The notes below the pieces were generated by a model, which saw nothing but the letters and a program-made list of their open reading frames with translations, was not told where the DNA came from and did no database searches. From Amoebidium appalachense (Eukaryota; Protista; Ichthyosporea): a DNA stretch of 64,000 nt. Of this stretch, positions 32,258 through 55,972 are shown one piece after another (within the stretch, counting starts at the first letter, position 1; each line of letters begins with the position of its first letter). A program made the position numbers and the translations under genes. The stretch spans positions 10,749,728 through 10,813,727 of the forward strand of contig CAVNZM010000005.1 of the NCBI GenBank assembly GCA_963693365.1, read 5' to 3'.

Positions 32258-32615
32258 GTGTGACCTGCCCATTCTGGAAAAACCATCCGTCTTGAAAAAA
32301 AACAGAGACGCCCCACCAACCAGCCACCGCGAAAACTGGCCATTTTGGGATGATTGCGCAAACAGGGGACGCCCCACCAACCAGCGACCGCCAAAACTAG
32401 CCCAATTTGGTCGCCTTCCAAATCAGGCTAATCCTCCATGTGCGGACCCCAGGCCCAGGTCCGGATCAGGCCCGTGCGGGTCGGTTCGGGCCGGCCTGGT
32501 CAGATTTGGGTCGCGTCGACCCGTTAACGACCCGGCCCGACCCGACCCGGGCTAATCTGGACCGGCCCGTGGCCCGCGAAATTTTCACAGCACACAGGTG
32601 CGGGACTGTGTGATC

Positions 32616-33161
32616 ATGGGGCTGGGCAGCTGCTGCGGGGTGTACAAGGTCACGCAGGACAAGAGGAAGGCCGGAGTGGACACTGACAAGGTGCAGACAC
32701 CAGCATGGGTGCTGGATGCACTCGAAAAGGAGTTTGGCGCACTCAATGACCCCTGCCCCATCACCTGGCGGGAGGGGGAGGACCCTTGCGCACTCACAGA
32801 CGACGACGTGTGGTCCACCGAGAAAATAAACTATGTCAACCCTCCCTTCTCTGAGATTCCCCCATTTTTACGCATGGCCATACGAATGTACATATCCAAG
32901 GGTAGAAAGAGCGTGCTGCTCGTGCCTGCACGCACGGAGGCACGCTGGTTCCATGACCTGGCCTTCAGGTACGCCGCAGAGATACGCATCCTGAGGGGTA
33001 GGATCAAGTTTGAGGGGTTCAAGAGGCCATCGCCAGAGGGCGTGTGCCTGCTTTTGTTCACAGAGCCTCAGCCTGTCGGTGGCCCGCGTGTAGTGTCGTG
33101 GATGCCTGAGGCATACCCGCGCAGCTCAAAGGCAGGGGCCGTGTTGGGGCTGGATTTCTAG
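32616..33161 (+). CDS. Phage-type DNA N6-adenine methyltransferase (Dam-like)
   Basis: QTPAWVLDALEKEFG..DPC, W....YVNPPFS, VLLVPART...WF and EIRILRGRIKF are signatures of the small phage Dam family. Confidence 0.9.
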   Translation: MGLGSCCGVYKVTQDKRKAGVDTDKVQTPAWVLDALEKEFGALNDPCPITWREGEDPCALTDDDVWSTEKINYVNPPFSEIPPFLRMAIRMYISKGRKSVLLVPARTEARWFHDLAFRYAAEIRILRGRIKFEGFKRPSPEGVCLLLFTEPQPVGGPRVVSWMPEAYPRSSKAGAVLGLDF

Positions 33162-33242
33162 CTTAATGACTAAGATCTACTAGACTAAGTAGGGTCTAGA
33201 TCATAAAAATGTGTGTTAGAGTGTATGTAGTGCGTGCACACC

Positions 33243-33506
33243 ATGGCCAACACCTACCAAATCGTGCTGAACGACCAGTTTCAGCCCCTCACTGCGCGTA
33301 CGTCAAACGCCACGCACACAGACTTTAGCTACTATGGCCAGCAGGCGATGGCACAGGCCGTTGCGGACAAGATATGCCCGCACGGTACCCGCCACCCCTT
33401 CTTCCTCAAACCAAGCACCATGGCAGGGTCTGCAGCAGGCCGATTTGCTCGCCCCAGACCCACCTTTGCGGCACTCAGGCGTGCACATGGCAGGCCCATG
33501 CACTGA
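33243..33506 (+). CDS. Small hypothetical viral protein
   Basis: ATG in ACCATGG context, preceded by the AAAAATGTGTG motif. Confidence 0.5.
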   Translation: MANTYQIVLNDQFQPLTARTSNATHTDFSYYGQQAMAQAVADKICPHGTRHPFFLKPSTMAGSAAGRFARPRPTFAALRRAHGRPMH

Positions 33507-33603
33507 CCGTTAGTGTACGTAGTAGGCCATGGCCAAGCGGGCAATTGGCAACCAAAAATAAAAATAATGTGCATGCATAAGTAAACGTGCAAGTCACGTC
33601 ACC

Positions 33604-34185
33604 ATGGGGGTGTCATCGCAAGGCAGGAGCGGCAACACGCGTGTCATCTACGTGCAGAACCGGCCAAACAAGGCCTCAGAGGTAGCCAAGTGGGTGGGGG
33701 CCCTGGCGGGCGGTGCTGCCTTGGGGGCAGGGGGGTACTATGCATGGAAGCACAAGGGGGACATTGCGAGGGGGGTGGGCAACTACATGTACAACAAGGC
33801 TGCGGATGCTGCCACCTACACTGCAGGGAAGGCGGGGGAGGCGGGGGGGACGGTGTTCAAGGGCCTCAAGGGGGTAGCGCGTGCCACAGGCGATGCTGCC
33901 ATGCAGGGCACGCAGCGTGCAGGGCAGGGCGCGCAGAATGGTGCATTCAGTGCGTGGAAGACCCTGAGGAATGGCACGAGGGATGCGGGCAACTACCTGC
34001 TGCACAACACCCAGGATGCGTTGGGATATGGTCCTTATAACTTGAATGCTGCAGGCACACGCACGGGAAACAGCTACGAGTGGAGAGGGGGTGGAGGGGG
34101 CGGTGCGCAGGTGCTTGTCGGCGGTAAGCCCTACGTCTGGCCGCCAGCCAGGTCGCCAAACGTATCGGGACGCGGCATCCTCTAA
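33604..34185 (+). CDS. Gly/Ala-rich protein with a hydrophobic segment and amphipathic helices (possible membrane-active virion protein)
   Basis: Starts MGVSS; WVGALAGGAALGAGGYYAW followed by A/G/K amphipathic repeats. Confidence 0.7.
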   Translation: MGVSSQGRSGNTRVIYVQNRPNKASEVAKWVGALAGGAALGAGGYYAWKHKGDIARGVGNYMYNKAADAATYTAGKAGEAGGTVFKGLKGVARATGDAAMQGTQRAGQGAQNGAFSAWKTLRNGTRDAGNYLLHNTQDALGYGPYNLNAAGTRTGNSYEWRGGGGGGAQVLVGGKPYVWPPARSPNVSGRGIL

Positions 34186-34470
34186 TGGAACCTTCCGTTC
34201 ATGGTAAGTGTGCAGGGAAAAACCGTTGGCGGGCGGTGCGAGCGGCCAATCAAATTTTGTAGAATTTGTTGACTTGCATTCCATTGGCGCCTCCCCTGCG
34301 CTCCTATTGGACGCCTAGGGCAACAGGAGTCACCGAATTTTGGAGCACGGTAGCGTGTGTGCACCGGAGGGCACAAAAGCCACCTGCAAACGTTCCTTCT
34401 TCAAACACTTTTTCTTATATTCTAAGCCACTCTAGCCTGGTCTTTTTGCAAGCAGCGAACTTTGGAAACC

Positions 34471-35616
34471 ATGGCAGACCTCTCCTTCCTGCCCCCTCTA
34501 GATCTAGACGATGCTGATGTTCTTGCTGCCGCCGCAGCAGCCATTTCTGTGCCAGCCCGCAGGCCTCCTCCTGGCCGCACCTTCTCCTGGCATCTCAAAG
34601 ATTTGGATCTTGACACTGTTCTGCTTCAACCCTTCTACGCATCCTACCGCACGCTTGCTGAGGGGTATGCAGCACAGCCCAGTGTTTCCGCCAACGCAGC
34701 GTCCTTCCTCCTCTCCGCCAAGAAAGGTGACTTCTTCGCTGGCTATGATGCAGGGGGCGAAGTCTACTTCCAAAAACGCTTCACGGGTCTAGATGACTTT
34801 GATGGGGCATGGCTCCCTGAGATGCTGGTGCGTGGTACCATCTCTGAGCCTGCAGAACTGGCTGAACTGCACGGCAAGTCGCTTTTGGCAACACTCGCGT
34901 GCCGCAACGCCCTCATGCTCAAGGGGGTGGCTGCTGCTGTGGTAGACATCCTCCTACCGCAGTTCACAGAGCATGAGAGATCCACTAGGCACAAGGTAGA
35001 GACAGACCCTCAGTTGGTTGGCAACTACATGCAGAGGTACCTGGAGGAGATAGAGGCCAACTGGGAGCCCATCGTCGGGATGTGCAAGGCAGGACTCACT
35101 CCCCACAGGGAGAGAGAGGTGGCCCGCCACTTGGCTCGTGTTGTTGCTGGCTTCCTGCAGACCATGGTGGCCACTGCAAAGGCAGCCAAGTTGAAGTCCA
35201 CGCCCCTCTTCAAAGGGGTCGCCATGGATGTCCTCCATGACATGCAGGCATTGCTGCGTGGGGTTGCGAATGAGCGTATGTATTGTGCAGGTGAGAAGAT
35301 TGTGTTTGCAGGGCTGATCAAGAAAAACATCCACAAGGAGGCACCATCACGGCGCAAGTCCGGCACGTTCATCGACATTGCCCCCAAGGAGAAGGAAAAC
35401 CTTGCCCCCCTCCGCAGCAGCAGCACCAACAGCAACACCCCCTACAACAACAACAACAACATCATGACGGTCGGTGCCCCCTACTTCTACGGTAGGACCC
35501 GGGTGCCTAACTTACTTCGTACCTCAGCGGCACCGCCCCCTCAAGACTGTGAACCAAGGCTACATGGGCTAGTGCACAGGATAGGGGGGCTGTGCCCTAA
35601 ACTTTGCCATTTTTAA
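34471..35616 (+). CDS. Hypothetical alpha-helical viral protein (~380 aa)
   Basis: Long non-repetitive ORF, ACCATGG start, preceded by CCAAT-box cluster 34245-34316. Confidence 0.75.
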   Translation: MADLSFLPPLDLDDADVLAAAAAAISVPARRPPPGRTFSWHLKDLDLDTVLLQPFYASYRTLAEGYAAQPSVSANAASFLLSAKKGDFFAGYDAGGEVYFQKRFTGLDDFDGAWLPEMLVRGTISEPAELAELHGKSLLATLACRNALMLKGVAAAVVDILLPQFTEHERSTRHKVETDPQLVGNYMQRYLEEIEANWEPIVGMCKAGLTPHREREVARHLARVVAGFLQTMVATAKAAKLKSTPLFKGVAMDVLHDMQALLRGVANERMYCAGEKIVFAGLIKKNIHKEAPSRRKSGTFIDIAPKEKENLAPLRSSSTNSNTPYNNNNNIMTVGAPYFYGRTRVPNLLRTSAAPPPQDCEPRLHGLVHRIGGLCPKLCHF

Positions 35617-35703
35617 TTTTTTTAGTAAAGTACCTTAAAGTTTCAAGTTGAGCATGCCATGGCCTCATTAACATAGACACCGTTGTGATTTGTGTATACA
35701 TAG

Positions 35704-36330
<627 letters not shown>

Positions 36331-36709
36331 TGGTGTAACTTCTAAGTGTTGCTACCTAAAAGTGCGAAAAGAGATGATTGTGAAAATGTTTAAGAGTTTT
36401 TTCTAAGTTTTTTCTTCACAAAAAAACGAACGAAAACGAGACGAGACTGAGAGAGCCGACAGCTGATAGAGTGCACATGGGAGAAAAAAGTGTATACGTA
36501 ATATTACGTAACATTCAATTTCGCTTGATTTCATTGGCTCATAAGTTACGCAAAGTTCAAGTTGGCGCAATCATTTACTCTCTCACTCATGTACGTACTC
36601 AGTCAACTCAGTCGCGGCGGCACACAGTGTGTTTTTTTTTTTGGGAAGAAGTTTATTTCGTGGCATCACCCGGAGATAAAGAGATTCTGAATAAACAGAC
36701 ATGTGCCTA

Positions 36710-37627
36710 TTACATCCTGAGCATTTTGGCCTTGTCCTCCCCAGGCATGGGCGTGCCAGCACGCTTAGCCTGCCCCATGTCTACATCACCCCCCTCCCCC
36801 TCACTACCCGCACCATCACTGACCAACTCCATCAGACCATCTAACTCAAACACCTGAACCTTGCGGGCAACGAGCTTGGTGCGCACAGTGTTGTTTTTCT
36901 TGTTGTAGATGACGCTGGTGGCGGCAGCAGACACCCATGCAGTAACCTCACGGCACTTGGCACGCTGGGAGTTCATAAACTCCACAAACTCATCCACAGA
37001 GGCCGCGTTGTTGCCCAGCTTGAAGAGGCAGGGGTTGCGGCCAGTGGGGTTGGGCAATTCCACCGTCACGTTGAAGTAGGTGTCGCCCAGTGCCCCCTCC
37101 ATGTCCGCCTTGCTGACGGGGTTGGCACCCAGCACCTCGTACAGGTTGGGGCTGTGTCTGGACCACAGGCTGCTGCTGGTCTTGACGGCAACGGTGTCCA
37201 GATCAACATCCTTGAGCATCTCGTGGTCCTTGTGCATCCACAGCACGTCCTTGGCCATGCTGCACACGTAGGGCCACAGGCCAACGGCGTAGGCCACCTC
37301 AAAGGGCTCAGGGTGGCGCTGGGACTTGATCTTGATTGTGGTTTTGTCGTAGGCAGACAGGTGGGTGCCCAGTTCAATCAACATCTGCCCGTTGATGTTG
37401 ATGTTGGGCAGGTTGTACAGCTGCACCACCAGCACGTCGTTCATGACCCAGGGTGCACCCATGGTGGCCTTGCCCACACCGTTGAGGAACACCTCCTTGT
37501 ACAGCACCATCTTGGCCCCCTCAACGCTGCTGTTGATGTTTTCTTTGCCACTGCTTGCCGCGGCGATGCTGGTCCTTTTGACGGTGGACAGACCAGTCAT
37601 TTGACGCAGCTGGGTTGGCTTGACCAT
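36710..37627 (-). CDS. 305-aa viral protein, candidate OB-fold single-stranded DNA-binding protein
   Basis: ORF well supported by codon bias; SSB function inferred only from C-terminal beta strands (VTAWVSAAATSVIY...KLVARKVQVF) and an acidic tail. Confidence 0.6.
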   Translation of the reverse strand: MVKPTQLRQMTGLSTVKRTSIAAASSGKENINSSVEGAKMVLYKEVFLNGVGKATMGAPWVMNDVLVVQLYNLPNININGQMLIELGTHLSAYDKTTIKIKSQRHPEPFEVAYAVGLWPYVCSMAKDVLWMHKDHEMLKDVDLDTVAVKTSSSLWSRHSPNLYEVLGANPVSKADMEGALGDTYFNVTVELPNPTGRNPCLFKLGNNAASVDEFVEFMNSQRAKCREVTAWVSAAATSVIYNKKNNTVRTKLVARKVQVFELDGLMELVSDGAGSEGEGGDVDMGQAKRAGTPMPGEDKAKMLRM

Positions 37628-37845
37628 TTTGCTGTTGCTTGGGGGGTGTGGTGAACGTTACTGTGGTGTGCACCTCGACTGTGACTGTCTGGCTCATGTT
37701 TGGTTGGTGAGATGTTGCCTGTGTGCGGCTGTTTATGTACACGGCGGTAGGATGCAGGGTGCGTTTCTGGCCAATGAGGACCGTAATCCCTGTTCCCTGT
37801 GCCCTCATTGGACACCTAGAACCACATGTGCCTGTCTAGATTCCG

Positions 37846-38276
37846 ATTGGACGCCTTGTGCGGCAATTTGCTTTTTTGAGCCGAATTATCATTGGTCGCC
37901 CTGCGCACCCGTAATACCATTGGACGCCTTGCGCAAACCTTCGCATTCCTTTGATCCGCACTTGTGTACATGTACGCACCACATGTACGCGTACACGTAC
38001 GCGTACACGTGACACGCCCTCTCTCTCTCTTTAATTGTTTAATCATTTAATTGATACCACGTGCTCTGCACGTGTTTTACACACACACAGTGTGTGCACG
38101 TGCTCCTGTACATATATCCACCCATATCACATATATGCCATATCGCGATATGTGTACACAGATATCACATATCTCATATTCACATATCCCATATCCTGAG
38201 GGGTGCGGGACCGTGTGGATGTGACGTCATCTTTGATGACGTCACATCCACAGGGTGCCGCGCCCCTCATTGTAGT
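37846..38276 (-). repeat. Right terminal inverted repeat
   Basis: Reverse complement of 9074-9544. Confidence 0.95.
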
Positions 38277-38343
38277 GTAAAAAACGGGTCAGCGCCCAAG
38301 CGCGCCACGACGACCCTAGTCACAGCGGACTCTACTTCCAACA
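38277..38343 (+). mobile_element. 3' remainder of the TRIM LTR interrupted by the virus
   Basis: GTAAAAAACGGGTCAGCGCC...CTACTTCCAACA matches the LTR end at 7634-7700; followed by a C run. Confidence 0.95.
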
Positions 38344-39276
38344 CCCCCCCCCCTCCCCCCCCCCCCCCCCACAACCATTGCCCTTAGATCTCCATCTCGC
38401 TTGTGCAAACACGCCCGCGTTCAAACACACAGATGACTGTACACACATAAACAAGTGCCATGGGGCGGGGCGGGGGGGGGGGGGGAGGCTGGGGGGACTG
38501 GGGGAGAGGGGGGAGGGGGGATGGAGGAAAGGACCACCAGGGGGGCCCGGCCTTGATGTTTACAGTAACTACTGCCCCTTCCCTCTCTCTCCTCCCTCCT
38601 CCCCCCACCCCTTCTCCCCCTCTAGATCTCCCCAAATTCAGTTGCACTGGTACTCCTCAGCAAGTGAAACACATAACTAATTTTCAAATCGCTACCCGCT
38701 GCAATGACGTGCACAGCTTGTAACTTAGTCTTTAAAAACCCACATTTGTTACTAGACACTTGTTATTCATGTGGTTTGAAAGCTCGCAGGTGCACGTGTT
38801 CCCAAATTCGAATTATTAATTACGTTAGCTGATCAACATTACCTAACCACTTAGTAACCAAGGTCAAGTTGTGCCTACATACATGGCACGGGCTGTCGGT
38901 CGAGTAGATGTAAAAAAGCCAAATGTGGCCGTGAGCAGTAAATGGTTTCCGAAGATACCTGTAACTTAGCCATAGAAACTCAGATCAAATAAAAAACATA
39001 GTGGTAATTAGAATACGCATCAGGGTTCTCAATTGACGGAAAAAGAATAGTTCCTATTAGCACTTAGTCGGGAAATACCAACGCTGTGCAGCAAGGGAAA
39101 CAAGCTGCCATGCGGGCAACGAATAGGCCCTGCTTTGATATTCAATCAGACAATGTCGGCCCCGGGCCTTTACATAACAATCATGAAAACATGCACCGGC
39201 TCGTTCAAACTTCCACGCAGCTCTTCTTCCAGTCACACTTGCTGAGTCTGCGTGTAAATTTCTTGAACATAGTTTG

Positions 39277-39753
39277 TTAGGCACGGCTGACCTTGACCAC
39301 GCTAGAGTTTGAGCCAGGCTCGACGCGCTCGGTGTAGGCGGGGAGCATTGTGTACGGTAACCCAACTCCCGGCTGTGCATGATTCATGCGTTGCGCTCTT
39401 GGCAAACCCACTGCCGTTCCCTTCGAACTCGGCTTAAAAGCATGTCTGCACAAGTAACAGCAGCAACAGCAGCAAGAGCCTACTGCGAAGACGAGCCCGG
39501 TCATCATTACGATCACGAACTTTTTCGAAGTGCTTATTTTTTCTGCACCCATGTTGTAGCATTCTCGGCTCTCCCCGTCAAACAACCCACATTTGGACAA
39601 GTAATCACTGGAACAGGCGGATCCGACTATTGCAAGGACGAGGGCAGTCAAAATGAAAAACAGAATTATGTATGGCCCACAGTGACGTTTGGGCTTCTCC
39701 TTCCGCCCGTCGACGTCGGCCATTTCCGGATCCATGCTTGCCCTGGCTACCAT
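39277..39753 (-). CDS. Small two-TM, Cys-rich membrane protein (single exon; start uncertain: 39822, 39753 or 39735)
   Basis: Two hydrophobic helices, CCCCCC after the second, C-terminal LPAY motif. Confidence 0.6.
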   Translation of the reverse strand: MVARASMDPEMADVDGRKEKPKRHCGPYIILFFILTALVLAIVGSACSSDYLSKCGLFDGESRECYNMGAEKISTSKKFVIVMMTGLVFAVGSCCCCCCYLCRHAFKPSSKGTAVGLPRAQRMNHAQPGVGLPYTMLPAYTERVEPGSNSSVVKVSRA

Positions 39754-39977
39754 GTTTTCGTTTGTTTTTTTGTTCTTTAGCGACCTCTGGATTTTTGTTA
39801 CTGTATTGTCGTTTGGTGTCATGCTGTATTGTATTGTCGTTTGGCTGCGGCATACACTGGTTTTTTACATACGCCTTCCAAACAGAATCCCAAACACTGA
39901 GCCCCGCGCACACAAGTTCCGGCGCCCACCAGTGCACGTGGCGCTCCGCACCACCCGCAGGCGCACTGTGTACACAT

Positions 39978-40015
39978 CAAGGCCTCCTAAATGGTGTGCT
40001 ATTTAGGAGGCCTTG
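39978..40015. mobile_element. 38-bp minimal MITE-like insertion (15-bp TIRs, 8-bp TSD)
   Basis: GTACACAT|CAAGGCCTCCTAAAT ggtgtgct ATTTAGGAGGCCTTG|GTACACAT. Confidence 0.7.
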
Positions 40016-41029
40016 GTACACATGTCTGCCCGGCCCCGGGCGGCGGCACGCGGGGCAGAGCTATCATTGGCCGCTGCAGCACCCTTAGATTATTGGATAC
40101 GGATGGCCGTGATATTATACCAATCATAATTTACTTCTCAACAAACTCTCCGCATTTGTCAACATCACTGATAATGCTGACTGTACAGTATGGCTACAGC
40201 CATATTATTACCCAGTTCTAGTTAAAAACAAAAGTTGGTAATAATATTGATAAGCCTCTCTGCCCTTATACGTAAACACGGCAGTTTGGGTCGTACGTAT
40301 GTACTGCAACTCGACAGTCGTTTGGGAAGTTTGTGTCGCTGGACCCGCAATCATTGGACGTCGCAGCACCATGAGAATACCGGTTACATATTACCGTGAT
40401 TTTTTACCAATCATAAATGCATTGCCAATCACATTGCAAGGCCCAGACAGAAGGTGGTGAAAAAAAGACGTGGCTTGCGGCTTGCCACCCTCTACTTTTA
40501 CTATATTCTATTCTTTACTTTTTTTACTTCTATTGCATCATCCTCAACAGTCATTCCGAAAGTAGTAGGCCTACATGTTCAGCTTGGTGTTGACCTACTG
40601 TACATGTAGGCCTAGAACTGGATCTATCCGTTCATTCCGTTGAACAGTGACTCTTTTTCCAAGACACAAGTAAGAGTATCTGATGTAAGACTATCGGTAC
40701 AAATGGTTCCTTGTTCACGTTTTCTCACTAACTAGCTAGGAGCATATGTAGATATTGGATGTGCATAAGAAGCTTGATTCTGAGTCAGACCCTATAACTA
40801 TAAGGAAACTTCATGATCATTGCCATCAATTACTATGTAGATCATGATCATACATAATAGGTGTCCCATTCCCCATGACGTGATTCCGGGATCCTGTTAT
40901 TCCTTTTCGTGCGCAGCTGAAGGAGAACTTTTTTTGGGGGGGAGGGGGGGCCTGGGGCAGGGGGGCGGGGGGAGGGGCGGAGGCGCGTAGGTTGATAAGG
41001 GAGAGCTCGACAGCGAGCGAGAGAGAGCT

Positions 41030-41950
<921 letters not shown>

Positions 41951-42011
41951 CGCCCCGGGGGGGGTGCACGTGGGGGTGAAGGGAGGGAGGAGTGGGGGTG
42001 TGTGTGTGTTG

Positions 42012-42046
<35 letters not shown>

Positions 42047-42611
42047 GGAGGAGGAGGACAGAGGGTCGGGTATGGGAGGCACGCAAAGGGAGTGGTGGTG
42101 ACGGGGAGAAAACTCAGAGGGAGGGGTCGGCCGCGCGGCCGTGTCCCAATAATTCATGTGCTCGCAAATAGGCTTTGCGTTTGCTCAGACTTTGCTGCCC
42201 AAGTTGCCATGCACACGTTTCCATCCAAGGGCTTGTTACATAATCCGACAAATACGTGCATGATCTGTTGAATATACAGCGTCTATGTAAAGGCTTACTT
42301 AAGATGCTTTTTATATTATAACAGCCGAACAAACATTTTAAAGGTTCAATCATGTGCATTGTAAATTTTAATACTTTGACGGACAACTGGTATGTATTAT
42401 AAAAGCTCACTACATGCATTCCTGAAATTTTTTTTTTGAGACGGTCACGGCCGGGCGTGAAGCCGGTGAACTACTGAGTCGAGCGACTCGATCGAGCCTC
42501 GGAGATATCTGAAAGAGAGGTTGAAATAGCAAAGAACCTGCCACCAACCGGAAAAGGAAAAGGAAAAACATTAAGAAAAAACACACCTGAATTTGATAGG
42601 AGGCAAGCAGG

Positions 42612-52847
<10,236 letters not shown>

Positions 52848-53345
52848 AAATGGCGGGAAAATACGATAAAGTTGCAAAAATCGGTGGGGGGGGATGTGGA
52901 AAGGTGCGAATATCGGCGGGTAAAAAATGCAGAGCTTCCAACAATCAAGGTACATGGATGTCGTGATGATGGAGGGTGATGTGGGAAAGTTGAGTTTTTT
53001 TTTTTTTTTTTTTCTTGAAAGGGGGGGGGGGGGGGGGGGGGGGGGGGGGGCTAGATTCTGGTAGCTATTGGGGTAAAGGTCGGTCATATGAGGAACTACC
53101 TGGTAGAAAAATTGGAACAACAGTGGAGTAGTCAGTGCGGTCTGTAATGTGGGCGATGTGCCAGTTTTTTTTGTTTTCTTGTATTTTTCTCTTGCGATGG
53201 GGTTTTAAAGCTATGTCGCAATCTGGTTTATCTTACGAATTATCTGCTGCACAAGCTCTCCGTTGTGACGTATGATGTTTATTTCGCAACCACTAAACAC
53301 GAGTGAGTACGTGCGTGCGTGCACACACAAGCGTGTGCACACAAT

Positions 53346-53469
<124 letters not shown>

Positions 53470-54422
53470 CACACACACACACACACAAACACATACACGG
53501 TTACACACACTCAGGTAATGGCACGTCAGGTTACTCAGCGGTGATCCCATAACGTATATACCTATTTGAGCGTCTTTTTTTAAGGTTTGCGTACTGTCAC
53601 ACATTCATGTTTCCTAGCCACTAACCATTTCGTTTTCTTTCACATTTTTGTTGCATGGCCGTTTCTAGTATCGATCAAATGTGAAGTTTATTAAGTACAT
53701 CGGTACGAGTAGCATCTATGTATGAGTGTGTATGAATGCGGCGTACCCAAAGCAACCCTCAACTTCAATCAAAATAAACCAATCACATGCGAGCATGGAA
53801 CGCGGGGTATGATAAATTAAATAAATTAAATGAAAGAGCCAATCTGATGCGCATGCAAGCATGGAACGTGTGGTGTGTGTGGCCACTGCAGGGCCTGTCC
53901 CGAATTCCTGCAGGCTACTGTGTTCTATTGCCACCCCTCATGCAGATGCACACACACAGAAAGAGATCGACAGACGTGTGCACACACAGCCAGCGTACAT
54001 GTACACAATCTAGAGAGACGCAGACATGCGCACATACGCTCACACATGCACGCACACAGGAAACACATTTACGCACATGACTTGCATGTCCCAGTGTACG
54101 CACACCCACTGCCACCACCAGTACACACATAACCGTTGAGTACTATATATATGCACACATCCAACCTAAAAAACGAAATGATTCTTTGCCAGGATCCTTC
54201 CATGGAGTGTGTTTCTTATGGGCATCGAATTGCATGCCATCATGTGGCTACACGTAGCGCTAGCGGCACATGAAGAGATCATAAACCAGTGAACCGACAC
54301 CATCCACCTCTGCACTGTGCCCTGTCACTTTGTGGCGCATGTACACTGTGGTATCAAGAGTAACGTGGATTTGTAGCACACACAAACATGGTTTGGCTGA
54401 TAGTTACATGTGTGTGTGTGTG

Positions 54423-54457
<35 letters not shown>

Positions 54458-55106
54458 GGAGGAGGAAGGGGGGAACACCCCTGGGCTTTCCAATGTAAAG
54501 TTTAATGACATCACCAGCAGTATATTAGCTGTATACATTCGTGAAGGGAGCCCATATGGAGCTTTGTGTGGACGCTAAACAAAAGGTATGCACGATCAAA
54601 CTTTTTATCAAGTGGTGTGCTTTTATCAACTATGCCAAACAAATAAACAAACACCACACTCCCTATGAGGGATCGTCAATGAATGAATGGGCATCATCGT
54701 GTTTATATCTTCAATCTCTACTCGTCGTGAACCTCTAATTTTGAGTGTTACATGCGTACAAGCAGTCTTTTGGATAAAAGAAACATCGACATATAGAATG
54801 TGTTACATAGCGATTCTGCTAAACCAACATCAACTTCGGATGACCATGGGGTGGGGTGTCGGCTCTGTCGAACCCAAGATGTATCATAGTAGCCCAGGGG
54901 GAGGAGACTTTTAAAATATAGTCAAAGGAGAACTAACATAACCATGCATGCCCAGAAACAAAACTATAACCATTAAACCTATGATGTTTTATCCTCTGAG
55001 CCCGCAAATGCACCCCGAAAGCATTCTAAATGTTTTATGCCACATGGAAAAAATCTGTGCATCCTCTCCTCCCCCCTGCTCCCCCCCTCGCTCCTCTCCT
55101 CCTCCT

Positions 55107-55158
<52 letters not shown>

Positions 55159-55251
55159 ACGCACAGATAATACAACACAACAAAGTTAAATGCACACCCG
55201 GATAATACAACACAATAAACCTAAAATAAAAAAGCCACACAATAATGTGCC

Positions 55252-55842
55252 TCACAACATTCTGGTGGCAATGTCGCGTTGAATTTTGATGAGCGTCTTT
55301 TTGCCATCGGAGAGTCGATCCTGTATGTGTGTGAGTGTATGAGTGAGTTGAGTGAGTGAGCGAGCAAGAGAGTGAGCCAGTGAGAGAAAAGAGAGAGAAA
55401 GACAGAGAGAGGGAAAGTGTGTTTGTCTGTGTGTGTATGCACTTGCAGGTGTGCGTATCGTACGGCTCACTTTGGGTGTGTGTGTGGAAGTGCATAACTT
55501 CTGCAACAATGTTATGGTCGTGGTTTTGGTGAAGGCGGTTGTGGTGTTGGGTGGGTGGGTGGGTGGGTGGGGTTGGGGGAAAGAGGGGGGAGGGGATGGG
55601 TGGAGGGGGGGGGGGGGGGGGGGGGGGGGGGTGGGGTTGCAATAGAAGAGTGCAGGTGAAAGAAAAGAAAAAAGAATGAAAAGAGTGAAAATAAAACACA
55701 GAGAACACGACAAACCTTCAACATCACCCACTAACATGGAGAGATATGTGCACACACGGGACAAGTGAACCAACCCCTTCATCAGCTGAAGTCCATGTTG
55801 GTGGTGGTGGTGGCTGTGTGTGGCATATGGTGGTTGTGCCTT

Positions 55843-55887
<45 letters not shown>

Positions 55888-55922
55888 ACACACACACACA
55901 CACACACACCTTTTTTTTTTTT

Positions 55923-55972
<50 letters not shown>

